Source of the DNA: a bacterium
GTDB taxonomy: Bacteria; UBA8248; JACPRG01; G963555815
Direction of reading: 5' to 3'
DNA length: 64,000 nt
Assembly: GCA_965218795.1 (NCBI GenBank)
Contig: OZ244653.1
Span: 1,024,001 to 1,088,000, forward strand
The stretch's first letter is position 1; each line of letters begins with the position of its first letter. This document shows positions 11,929 to 21,486 of this stretch, piece by piece. A program made the translations under genes and the position numbers. The notes beneath the pieces were generated by a model. The model was given only the letters and a program-made list of their open reading frames with translations, searched no databases and was not told the origin of the DNA.

Positions 11929-12594
11929 TTATCCCTTGACCGGCTGCGCACTCAGACTTTCCAAAACACTCTCCGAATTCGTGACATTGGTGAATCCGGA
12001 AAGCCCTTTCAGGACCCCCCGATGGACCTCCGGGTTCCAGGTGGTCATCAGGTCGTGAGCCATCACGACCCGGAAATCGCGCTGATAGGCATCGAAGGCC
12101 GTCGCCTGAACGCAATGGTTCGTGTAGACCCCCGTCAGCACCACCGTTTCGATGTCGAAGCTTCTCAGCAATTCCTCAAGCGGCGTGCCCAGGAAACTGC
12201 TGAACCGCACTTTGACCACTTCATCGTCCGGCTCCGGCAGGAGATCGACCGTCGCCGCACCCCAGGACCCGGGGCGCAGCCCCTCTTTTCTCAGAAAGGG
12301 CCGGCTTTCGAGATGAAGTCCCGCCTCCAAGGGATTCCCGTTTGCATCACACTTGTAAACGGTCCGGATGTTGATCAGCCGCGCCCTCGCTTCCCTCGCC
12401 GCAACCAGGAAATCCCGGAGCGGCTCCAGCAGCGCGGGGATGCTCGGGCAGGCCAGCCCGTTGCGGGCATAGACGCCTTCCGGAAGGCAGAAATCGTTTT
12501 GAACGTCAATGACGAGAACCGCGGTGGATTGCGGCTCCAGCTTCAGGGGGATCGCGGGGAAATCCCCAACCGTCTGGCGGAATTCATCGTTCAT
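11929..12594 (-). CDS. Isochorismatase-family cysteine hydrolase
   Basis: VIDVQNDF, K.RFSSF, GVYTNHCV (Asp-Lys-Cys triad). Confidence 0.9.
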   Translation of the reverse strand: MNDEFRQTVGDFPAIPLKLEPQSTAVLVIDVQNDFCLPEGVYARNGLACPSIPALLEPLRDFLVAAREARARLINIRTVYKCDANGNPLEAGLHLESRPFLRKEGLRPGSWGAATVDLLPEPDDEVVKVRFSSFLGTPLEELLRSFDIETVVLTGVYTNHCVQATAFDAYQRDFRVVMAHDLMTTWNPEVHRGVLKGLSGFTNVTNSESVLESLSAQPVKG

Positions 12595-13532
12595 CGAGCG
12601 GCCCCCTCTGTTTCCTTTTTTTGCAAAGACCGGAGAATCTGCTCGGAGATGTCCAAACCCACTCGTCCACTGAACCCCTCGATGATCCTTTTCGAGATCG
12701 GGCCGGGAGCGCTTTTCCGCAGCGGTTGCCCGTTGATCTTCCCCACGGGGAGAAGGACGAAACTGGTGGTGCAGAGAAACGCCTCATCGGCGTTGATGGC
12801 GTCAAAGACGGTCATGTCCCCTTCCCGCACCGGGATGCCCTCTTCCGCCGCGATCTCCATGATTTCCATCCGGGTGATCCCTTCCAAAACGTTCAGCAGG
12901 CTGGCCGTCAGCAGCGTATCCCCGGAAACGGCGAAAAAGTTGGCAAAACTGCTCTCCGTGATGAACCCCCGGGTGTCGAGCATCAACGGGTAGCAGCGTG
13001 GTTCCACCATCCGCGCCTGGAAGTTGGCCTGTATGTGATTCGCCTTGTTTGTGATTTTGGCCCGGGCGTCCAGGGACTCCGACGGTGTGCGTCGAACGGC
13101 GGGCGTCACCAGGTGCGCGCCGTGTTGAAAATCCTCGACGAACTGCGGTGTGAACTCGAGCGGCACACAATAGATCACCATCGTCGCCGGAACGCCGGAC
13201 ACCCCGTGGGTCGACCGCAGGCTGACGCCGCGGCTGACGTTGTGCCAGATCTGGTAGTCTTCCCCTTCTTCAAGCAGGTGGGCGTTTCGTTCGAGAACCT
13301 CCAGGGTGATTCGCTCCAGGTCCTCCGAAGAGAGCGCCGGGTCCAGCTGCATGTATCGCATGGAGCTGTCAAGTCGCCGCAGATGGCGGTCCAGGCGAAA
13401 GGGCTTGCCGCTATACGTGCGGGTCATTTCATAGACACCGTCGCCCGCCCGAAAACCGGCGTCGAAGATCGATACCTTCGCCTCCGATTCAGGGAGGAAT
13501 TCACCGTTGATGTAAACCACGCGATCGTCCAT
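12591..13532 (-). CDS. Class IV PLP aminotransferase (IlvE/D-alanine aminotransferase-like)
   Basis: YINGEF, GDGVYE, ARAKIT, ITESSFANFF, LEGITR, ADEAF. Confidence 0.9.
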   Translation of the reverse strand: MDDRVVYINGEFLPESEAKVSIFDAGFRAGDGVYEMTRTYSGKPFRLDRHLRRLDSSMRYMQLDPALSSEDLERITLEVLERNAHLLEEGEDYQIWHNVSRGVSLRSTHGVSGVPATMVIYCVPLEFTPQFVEDFQHGAHLVTPAVRRTPSESLDARAKITNKANHIQANFQARMVEPRCYPLMLDTRGFITESSFANFFAVSGDTLLTASLLNVLEGITRMEIMEIAAEEGIPVREGDMTVFDAINADEAFLCTTSFVLLPVGKINGQPLRKSAPGPISKRIIEGFSGRVGLDISEQILRSLQKKETEGAAR

Positions 13533-13731
13533 AGTCTCTGCCTCCAAGCTCCGAAACTGGTGAACCTTCTCAAGAGTATTCAACTGCGTTCGAGACCGGA
13601 AGTCCAGCGTTTTGAGAGGGCCTCTCCCGAATCCGGTCTCGCCCATACCGGCCCCTTTCCTTTGCCCAAGAGACGGTCATCATGAAGCAATTTGAAATGT
13701 AAAACCTGATCCCGATGCTTCCCTTGCATGG

Positions 13732-14817
13732 CTAGTACCTTGTAACAGAGACTTTGCTAGTGGTGATTCGCCGTGAGCCATCAGTATAGCTCCACTTGAT
13801 GGGTTTGGGTTTCTTGTTGCACTGTCGAATATAGCGCATCAGTTTTCGAGCCAAATCAGGAACCGAAGTGAAGACGCCGCGGGCAATGACGTCGCGTTGG
13901 ATTTTTGCGAACCAGATTTCGACCTGATTCAACCAAGAGGAATAAGTTGGGGTGAAATGCAAATGCACGCGCGGGTGAGCGTCAAGAAACTGTCGCACGC
14001 GGCGGCTCTTATGAGCCGACAGATTGTCTGCGATGATGTGAATTTCACGCCGCTTGGGTTGTCTGGCCACGATGCCAGAAAGGAAAGCCACAAAGGCCTC
14101 GCTGGTGTGCCTCGCTGCGGTCTTGCCGATGACCTCGCCGGTCTTTGTATTCAGGGCCGCATACAGCGAGAGCGTTCCGTGCCGGTAATACTCGAAACCG
14201 TGACGCTCGGCGCGACCCGGAGAAAGCGGCAACACGGGATCGAATCGGTCCAAGGCCTGAATGGCGGTTTTTTCATCCACACAGAAAACGGCGGCGTGTT
14301 GCGGCGGGTTGACATAGAGGCCAATGATATCGGCCGCCTTCTTCTCAAAGTCCGGATCATTCGATGCCATGTAACGTTGAATGCGGTGGGGTTGCAGACC
14401 CGCACGTTTCCAAACCCGGGCCACCATCATGTGGTGGGTGCCCAACTGCCGCGCCAGCTTGCGACTACTCCAGTGCGTCGATCCGTCCGGTGGTCGGCGC
14501 CTGGTCCAGTCCAGAATCCGAGCCTCCAGCCGGGGGGTGCGCTTGTGAACCGCTCGACCGCAATGTCTGGAATACAAGCCGGCCAGTCCCTCTTGTTGGA
14601 ACCGGGTCTTCCATCGGCTCACATACCGGGCATCGCAGCCCACGGCGCGCTGGATCCTCAAATAAGACTCCCCGGCATCGAGCATCAGAATGACTTGGGC
14701 TCGTCGGACGTCTTCGGACCGCAGCACGCGCGAACGGGATCGCCGTTGCAGTTCTTCTCTTTCATCGGAAGTCAGCTGAATGGGGGTGTTTGGCATGCAT
14801 GATACTGTACCAAACAT
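13732..14817 (-). CDS. IS630-family transposase
   Basis: HTH then CVDEK, YYRHGT, ADNLSAH, SSWLNQVEIWF (DDE). Confidence 0.93.
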   Translation of the reverse strand: MFGTVSCMPNTPIQLTSDEREELQRRSRSRVLRSEDVRRAQVILMLDAGESYLRIQRAVGCDARYVSRWKTRFQQEGLAGLYSRHCGRAVHKRTPRLEARILDWTRRRPPDGSTHWSSRKLARQLGTHHMMVARVWKRAGLQPHRIQRYMASNDPDFEKKAADIIGLYVNPPQHAAVFCVDEKTAIQALDRFDPVLPLSPGRAERHGFEYYRHGTLSLYAALNTKTGEVIGKTAARHTSEAFVAFLSGIVARQPKRREIHIIADNLSAHKSRRVRQFLDAHPRVHLHFTPTYSSWLNQVEIWFAKIQRDVIARGVFTSVPDLARKLMRYIRQCNKKPKPIKWSYTDGSRRITTSKVSVTRY

Positions 14818-14848
14818 TACTGGCTATCTCAATGTTACAGTCCACTAG
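13732..14848 (-). mobile_element. IS630-family insertion sequence, copy 1
   Basis: CTAG at both ends; imperfect IRs TAGTACCTTGTAACA / TAGTGGACTGTAACA; matches 21487-22603. Confidence 0.93.
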
Positions 14849-14873
14849 AGACCATAGAATAGAGGAAACGCCG

Positions 14874-15378
14874 ATGACCAGAGAGTTGCCCCTTGCGATT
14901 TCCCGCGTGTTGTCATACTTGGCCTGACCGTGTTAGCCGTCGGTTATGCATCCCCACAGACGCCACCAGCCCGTAAGCAGGCGAATCTTCCAGTTCTAAA
15001 GACATGGCAAGCAGGCAGTGAAACGGAGTCGAGACTGATTGACGACGGATGCTCGCGAAATTCCAGGATAAGCGGCTGTCTCAACTCATTGAGGAAGTCG
15101 AAACGGCGCTTACGAACGAACGGGTCCTCCAGGTACGAGAGGAACGGCTGGCTGTCGTTGCCGAGGAGTTGACCGAGGCTCTGCGCATTATGGAGCTGCG
15201 CTATAACGTTGACGAGATCGATTTTCTCCGCCTCAGCCAGGTGAGAAAGCAATCTTTCAGGGCGCGCAGCGACTTGCTCAAGGCGCAGGTGGAACGTTTG
15301 AAACAGTGTGTCAATTTGCACTTGGCCCTTGGGGGGTCTGAAGCCCGGCCGCCGGCAGGAAGGCGCGACACGTCATGA
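14874..15378 (+). pseudogene. Internally deleted NodT/OprM-type efflux outer-membrane factor
   Basis: N-terminal FQDKRLSQLIEE fused directly to C-terminal EVETAL...LHLALGG; broken signal region. Confidence 0.7.
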
Positions 15379-16536
15379 ATACAGACAAGCCGAGCATATG
15401 GAGTATCGTTTCTCTTGCCTTCACGCTTTCGATCACGGGGTTGACGATCGGCGGCTGTAAGCCGTCGTCCGACGACTATGTGGCGCCACCGCCGCCAACG
15501 GTCACTGTGAGCCAGCCCGTACAGCGCAACGTGATGGACTACATCGAATTCACCGGAATGACCGAAGCCGTTCAAATCGTGGAGATTCGGGCACGGGTGA
15601 AAGGTTTTTTGCAAAGCAGCCATTTCAAGGCGGGCACGGACGTTAAGAAAGATGATTTGCTCTATGTAATCGATCCCAAGTCCTTTCAAGCGCAGGTGAA
15701 CAAGGCGCAGGCTGATCTGAATCGGAGAATTGCAGAGCTCGAACTGGCTCAGGCGAACTACAGGCGCTATGAGACCCTCTACCGTAAGCGCACGGTTTCA
15801 GAGGTGAAATTAGCCGAGGCCAAAGCGGCTCGGGACACTGCGAAAGCCGACATCGAAGCGGCACGAGCAGTGCTTGAAGAGGCCAGACTTGATCTCAGTT
15901 ATACCCGGGTCCGCGCGCCGATCAGTGGTCGGGTCGGACGCAATCTGGTGAGTGTGGGCAATCTCGTCGGGTCGGGCGAGAGTACACATTTGACCACGAT
16001 AGTGCAATATAACCCGGTTTGGGCCTATTTCAGCGTGAACGAGCGCGATCTCCTGCGCTTACGACAGAAGGCTCATGAGAAGAAAGGCAGGGCGAAGCAG
16101 AAGAAGGGTCGGCGGGGTGTGATACACCTTCGGACTGGCGAATGAAACGGGGTATCCCCACAAAGGCCGGCTCGATTTCGCCGATCTTGGTGTCGATCCC
16201 GGCACGGGTACTTTTCTCCTGCGTGGAAGATTCGCTAATCCCGCGCCACACGTTATATTGCCGGGAATGTTTGTCCAGTTGCGTGGTCTCCTCGGCAAAC
16301 GAGATGCCGCCTTGCTCGTCACAGAGCGCGCATTGGGGGCTGACCAGGGCGGTCGCTACGTACTCGTTGTCAATGAGAAAAATGTGGTTGAATACCGTCC
16401 GGTCAAGGTTGGGGCCTTGCATGATCGGATGCGTGTGATTGAGGAGGGGTTACGGCCAAGCGACTGGGTCGTGGTGAACGGTGTGTTGCGCGCGCCCAGG
16501 GGCGACGGTCAACCCGAAACGTCAGAAGAAGGGTAG
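15375..16536 (+). pseudogene. RND efflux periplasmic adaptor (MFP), frameshifted near 16131 and 16492
   Basis: VEIRARVKG, LSYTRVRAPISGRVGR, later frame PGMFV..V.ERAL.ADQGGRYV; no RND pump gene follows. Confidence 0.8.
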
Positions 16537-16604
16537 TTAGCGGCTTACACGGATCCCACCCCCACACGAATAGACGCCGGTTTGGAAACGGTCTTGAAAC
16601 AGCC

Positions 16605-16661
16605 GTGAAATGCCCTTGCAAGGGCGTTGCAAGGGGCGTGCATGGACCGCGCTCGATGCCG
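16605..16661. repeat. 57-bp CCCTTGCAAGGG-containing repeat, copy A
   Basis: Near-identical to 27295-27351 and 27532-27588, same orientation. Confidence 0.85.
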
Positions 16662-16725
16662 GCGGCGGCCGATCTGCTTTCCGACCGGAGCGACGCTCAT
16701 CCAGGGATCCTTGGACACCCTTAGA

Positions 16726-17359
16726 TGGCGCGGGCGGGGGACTCGAACCCCCCCGTGGCACACTTGGCTAGGCTTTCGACAATGATTGGCTCCGTATTGC
16801 CTGCGCATGTTCGCTCACCACCGTGGACCCGCTGCGCCACGAGCTCCCATACGCCGAATAAATTTCTGCGCATTTTCACCTCCGTTGGCACATTAATAAT
16901 GAGCCTCATCAGGTGAGAAACATGCGCGGCAATCCCGGCACCGCACATGGCGTCGGTCGCCATGGCAGCCAAGCTCTAAGTTAATTTTTAGGATAGCGGT
17001 TGACCCAACCGATTCCAACCGGACAAGACAGTTTCTGAGGATATCATACTTGATGAATGGCTTTCGGATTGGTGTGCCGCAGCGTGTGTGCAGGGCAAGG
17101 ATCGCACGGGTCGTGGCCCACTTGAAGGTCGGCTTGACCATGCAGGATATTGACGGCCGGCTGGCCGAGGATGAACGCCCCGGCGTCTTCCTCACCAATG
17201 CACTCACCGGATGGGAGCCGAGAACGACCAAGTCATTGACGTGGACCAAATTCGGGCTGCTCCGCCGCGCATTGAGGGGCCGTTCGGACCCTGTCCCGAG
17301 CAAGGCGGGAAGCCTCCCGCCCGCTATCCCAATCTAAGGCCAAGTGGGATTTTGGCCTT
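16726..17359 (-). ncRNA. Candidate large structured RNA with tRNA-like 3' end (T-arm, acceptor strand, CCA)
   Basis: 3' end GGGGG-TTCGAGT-CCCCC-GCCCGC-G-CCA; complementary GCGGGCGGG ~590 nt upstream; many helices; no convincing ORF. Confidence 0.5.
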
Positions 17360-17378
17360 TGAAGTATCTCGGCTTTAT

Positions 17379-20300
17379 TCACCCTGTCAGTATGTCGAAA
17401 CAGATCAGCCGTAAGTCGTCACGCGTATAGCTGCGCCGACCGCCGTTCTCGCTGGCTTGTTTTTCGGTGTGTTCCTTTCCACTTTCAGTTTGCAGTTGAG
17501 TGGTCTTGTCCAGCAGAGCCTGAATATCTCCCCTCGACTGAAACGCCTTGTATGCTTGCCGAAGTTCCCTGATATTTGCCTGGATCATGGGCTGGTTGAG
17601 GAACCGAATCGCATCCATCGCACGCCGTCTGTCAACATCTGGGTGATCGATGTAACCTTGTATGACTGTCGATACGGTCTGTTGGATGGGATCGACCTGC
17701 CGCGGAACCGCTTCCAGGGCCTCTTGCTGCTGGACAGACTCCAAGATGTTTTCGATAATCTTCTCCTGAAGATTGAAGACCTGTTCGAAAACCTCCGGGT
17801 CAACAACGCGGGGCGTGTCTTTCTGGCAGGCAATCAGATTTGCGACGAGATAACGGTTGTCGATGATTCGGTCGTCCTTCAGGTCGTAATACCGCCAGAA
17901 GTTGTCCTTTCCACTCCCTGAATCTCTCGCCTGGAAATAGAAGAACACACCCTTCGCGTCCGGCTTGACCAACCCCGAATGTATCCCATCCGGTAAAGAT
18001 TCGAGCATCTCCCGGCCGCCTGCATCCAGCAATCCGCGAAGTTGCTGGGCCAAAAACTCGCTGCTGGCCAGCTCCGAAAACTCTTCTTCCTCTCGGATGA
18101 CCGATCCGTCTTCGTCCCGGATGCGCCTCAGTGTGTTGAATGTGCGGGGATGAACAGCCTCCCCGAGCACGCTGGCATCCATTAGTCCAACTTGATCGAT
18201 ATCCGCAATTCGCTGGCTCAGGCGTTCGACCAGCCGAAGGAGCTTCTCCAGCCCCTCGTCTGGAAACATGTTGAAAATCCAGAGGGTGTCGAATTCCGTG
18301 CCGATGCGGTCGATACGCCCTGCCCGCTGAACCATCCGGGTGGGGTTCCAGTGGAGGTCGTAATTGACCAAGTGGCCGCAATCCTGGAGGTTTTGTCCTT
18401 CAGAGAGCACGTCCGTAGAGATCAGGATATCGATCTCTTTGTCGGTTCCAGCCCAATCGGACATTTCGTTGGCAATTGGGGCAAATTCCTGAATGATACG
18501 AGTCCGGTCTTTCGGCCCGGCGCCGCTGTCGATTCTTCGAATTTTGACGTCGTCCAGGCTCTCTCGAAATTCTTCGCCTTCAGGCCCCCCGAGTTCCCGG
18601 TAGAGATATCGGGCGGTGTCCTTGTAATAGCTGAAAAGGAGGACCTTCTGTCCCTTCAGTTCCGTGGAGAGGAGCACCTTCAGCCGGGCCAGCTTGGCGT
18701 CTTTGTCCGGGCCGATGTCCTTCACCCGGTCCCAAATACGGTTGAGCACTTCCACGTCGTGTTGGAGCGCATCGTGGAGTTTTCGGAGGTCGTATTTCCC
18801 CGGATCGATTTCCTCCATTTGGTCCATGATGTCTCTTGCTTCCTCGCTGGTGTCCATCTCTTCGGCCAAAGAGATAGGCGTGGCGTCGTCCTCTTCGTTC
18901 TCGCGCTCGATGAATCGGAGTGCGTTGTGAAATTCGGCGCTCTGGAGGATACGGCCATCCAGGATGTATGACTCGAACGTCTTGATGAACGCCAGCGCGC
19001 GCCGCACGCTGATCCGGAAGGCGTCGATACTGGACTCGAACCTCTTCAAGTACCGGCTCTTGAAAATCCCGACCAAGGCCTGTTCGCGGCCCGCCTCGAA
19101 ATCGTCCCTATCCACGCCGGCCTTCTTATAGGACTCCAGATTGTAGGGGGCTAGCTTCAGGCTCTCGATACCGGAAACAACCTCATCGTAGATGCCGGCG
19201 TATGTGGCCTCCAGGTCGTATTTAATGGTTCGGAGCTTGCGTTGGGGGAAGTGGATCTTCTTGCCTTCAATGGTGGCTTCGGGATAGGCCGTACGAATGA
19301 AATGACGGGTCCTTCGGATAACGATTTCTTCCAACAGGTTGAACAGGGAGACCGGCCCTGGGCCGTTCGTCCGGGCGTCGCGCCGTGCGCGCAGAAAGTA
19401 TCGATACAGGTCCCCGATACCGCAGGCCGAGAAATAGCCTCGGTCTCCCTGGGTAATGAGATTGATCTGATTGTGCAGGTCGAACAGGTCGTTATTGATT
19501 GGCGTGGCCGATAGGAGGATGACCTTCTTTCGGCTTCCGTCTCGTCCCCGCCCTCCATTTCCGCTTAGGACCCGCTCCAGGTTTCCGTACCGTTGCGCCG
19601 TCGCATTTCGGAAATTGTGCGATTCGTCGATGAGGATGACATCCGAGTCCCCCCATGGTTCGGGTTCAAACTCCGCGCGGCCAAATTCCTCCTGGGATAG
19701 AACCATTGCCGAGATGGACGCATCCCTGAGCTCGTGTGTCCACATGTCCCGCAAACTGGCGGGGCACACAACGATCGCCTTCTGTCGCATGTGATAGGCG
19801 AAATCTTCCAGCAGCTTCTTGCCGATCCAAGTTTTTCCGAGGCCCACGGAATCCGCGATCATTACCCCGTCGTAACGCGAAAGAATTCTTCGGGCCTTCT
19901 TGACAGCGTCTTCCTGAAACTCGGCCAACTCCACGGCGGATCGCGTTCCCGTCGGGATTTCCCCTTCCAGGTCGTCCTTGAAGTACTCGAACAGAGCTTT
20001 CATGTAGACCTCGTAGGGGGTGTATTCCTTCCGGCCGAACTTGGAGGCGTCGAGAAGGGAGATGAGATCCTCCTTGAAGTTGCGGCTCTCGGCCCATCTC
20101 TCCTCGAACCACCGCTCCAGATCGATGATGGCCCGCGCGCCGACCTCGCTCTTTAGAAGCTGCTGGTTCTCAAGTTTTATCTGGCGGCTGGGTTTTGTGT
20201 CCGAGAGCCAGGAAACCGCTTGCGCTGCATCGGGGTCTTCGACTTCTGAGGGATCCAGAAGGACTTTGTGTGCCAAGTTGAGCTCACGATTCGAGGTCAG

Positions 20301-20774
20301 GCCGGGGATGGTGAAGTTAGAGGATCCTACAATCGCCAGAACAGGCCGGAATCGATCGAAGAGCATTTGCTGATCGGGCCGATCGGAGTAGAACAACCAG
20401 CTCTTGGCGTGGAGGAAGCCTTTCTCGTGGATCCGCACGGCGACCGTATCCCGCCTCAAGTACGCGATGAGGTCTTCGACCGTCCGGAGGGTGTCTTCCG
20501 TAAAAGGAAGGTCTTCCAGATCTTGCCGGATCAGGCCCTTTAGCCGGTTGGATTCAGGCCGGAGGCCCAGGGCTTCGCCGCTTCTTGGCTCCTCGCCGAG
20601 GAGGAGCCGGAAGTTACCGAGGGTCTGAAGGCCCTCTCTGAGAAGCTCGAATCCGCCGACCGTGAAATACGCCGTGGCGGTGTCGAGCGACCGGCCCGCG
20701 GATTCGGCTAGGGCTTGGCTAAGAACAGCAGCCAGCCGATGCTGCTCGTTGTCAATGACGTACGGGATTTTCAT
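17379..20774 (-). CDS. PLD-family nuclease domain fused to SNF2-like SF2 helicase (restriction-like defence subunit)
   Basis: HAK...GSSNFT...NRE PLD motif; DSVGLGKT, DESH, SATP, LSEGQNLQ, QRAGRIDR. Confidence 0.92.
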   Translation of the reverse strand: MKIPYVIDNEQHRLAAVLSQALAESAGRSLDTATAYFTVGGFELLREGLQTLGNFRLLLGEEPRSGEALGLRPESNRLKGLIRQDLEDLPFTEDTLRTVEDLIAYLRRDTVAVRIHEKGFLHAKSWLFYSDRPDQQMLFDRFRPVLAIVGSSNFTIPGLTSNRELNLAHKVLLDPSEVEDPDAAQAVSWLSDTKPSRQIKLENQQLLKSEVGARAIIDLERWFEERWAESRNFKEDLISLLDASKFGRKEYTPYEVYMKALFEYFKDDLEGEIPTGTRSAVELAEFQEDAVKKARRILSRYDGVMIADSVGLGKTWIGKKLLEDFAYHMRQKAIVVCPASLRDMWTHELRDASISAMVLSQEEFGRAEFEPEPWGDSDVILIDESHNFRNATAQRYGNLERVLSGNGGRGRDGSRKKVILLSATPINNDLFDLHNQINLITQGDRGYFSACGIGDLYRYFLRARRDARTNGPGPVSLFNLLEEIVIRRTRHFIRTAYPEATIEGKKIHFPQRKLRTIKYDLEATYAGIYDEVVSGIESLKLAPYNLESYKKAGVDRDDFEAGREQALVGIFKSRYLKRFESSIDAFRISVRRALAFIKTFESYILDGRILQSAEFHNALRFIERENEEDDATPISLAEEMDTSEEARDIMDQMEEIDPGKYDLRKLHDALQHDVEVLNRIWDRVKDIGPDKDAKLARLKVLLSTELKGQKVLLFSYYKDTARYLYRELGGPEGEEFRESLDDVKIRRIDSGAGPKDRTRIIQEFAPIANEMSDWAGTDKEIDILISTDVLSEGQNLQDCGHLVNYDLHWNPTRMVQRAGRIDRIGTEFDTLWIFNMFPDEGLEKLLRLVERLSQRIADIDQVGLMDASVLGEAVHPRTFNTLRRIRDEDGSVIREEEEFSELASSEFLAQQLRGLLDAGGREMLESLPDGIHSGLVKPDAKGVFFYFQARDSGSGKDNFWRYYDLKDDRIIDNRYLVANLIACQKDTPRVVDPEVFEQVFNLQEKIIENILESVQQQEALEAVPRQVDPIQQTVSTVIQGYIDHPDVDRRRAMDAIRFLNQPMIQANIRELRQAYKAFQSRGDIQALLDKTTQLQTESGKEHTEKQASENGGRRSYTRDDLRLICFDILTG

Positions 20775-21486
20775 GATAGGCCCTTTTGAGCCCCTACAAT
20801 CCTGTTTTCTTCTCGTCCCTCTATGGTAGCGATCTCCTCCTCTGTCAGACCGTAGAGGCGGTAGACTATCTGGTCGATAAGATAGTCAGTCTTTTTGAGG
20901 CGATTTCTGATGAGTAAGAGCCTTGCTAGGCTTTCCTCATACTTGTCCCTAACATCCCCAACGAGTTTTGAATCCGAAAGGTTTACACCGAGTCGGTTCC
21001 TATTCTTATGGAGGATGTGAAGGAGTTGTTTAAAGGCGAGGGGCTCCTTATTCTTCGCGTAGTCGCCTAGATAATTCTTGATATTGGTCTTGCCAGTTAG
21101 AGCCTCAATCCCTTTTTCGCCTTTGGGACCACACCCTACTTTGATGGCCTTATCAAGCCAAGCAAGGAATCGCCTTATCTCATCCTGTTTCTCTTCATTG
21201 AGCTCGATCATCTGTTCTGTCAAAAAGGCCAGGAAATCATGGACAACGTCAGATTTCTCCAGGGGTTCCCCCTTGCCATCATAACCGGAGTGATCCTCGT
21301 CTTTGATGGATGAGGGATGATCCACTCTGAGAAATCCCCTATCCCGTGCCTCTTTGACGGAGATAGAAACGGTGAAAGCAAGGAAGTTTGCCTCCTTGTC
21401 TTTGGGCAACAGTTCCTCGACAAACGCGGTAATACATAATGTGTCTCCCTTCACTAGAAAATCCTGATAAAAGGCTTTTCCTTTCT

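Noticed and set aside
16726-16832. Complete canonical tRNA gene or tmRNA
   Set aside because: No D-arm/anticodon cloverleaf at normal distance; lacks the tmRNA GGGG start, G3:U70 pair, A discriminator and an evident tag ORF
16770-16912. Hammerhead ribozyme (minus-strand CTGATGA plus GAAA)
   Set aside because: The stem II complement GAGCC is not adjacent to a GAAA, and stems I/III cannot be formed
16721-17337. Small ORFs 16721-16972, 16893-17303 and 17050-17337 as proteins
   Set aside because: No motifs or clear RBS, atypical composition; base-pairing explains the region better
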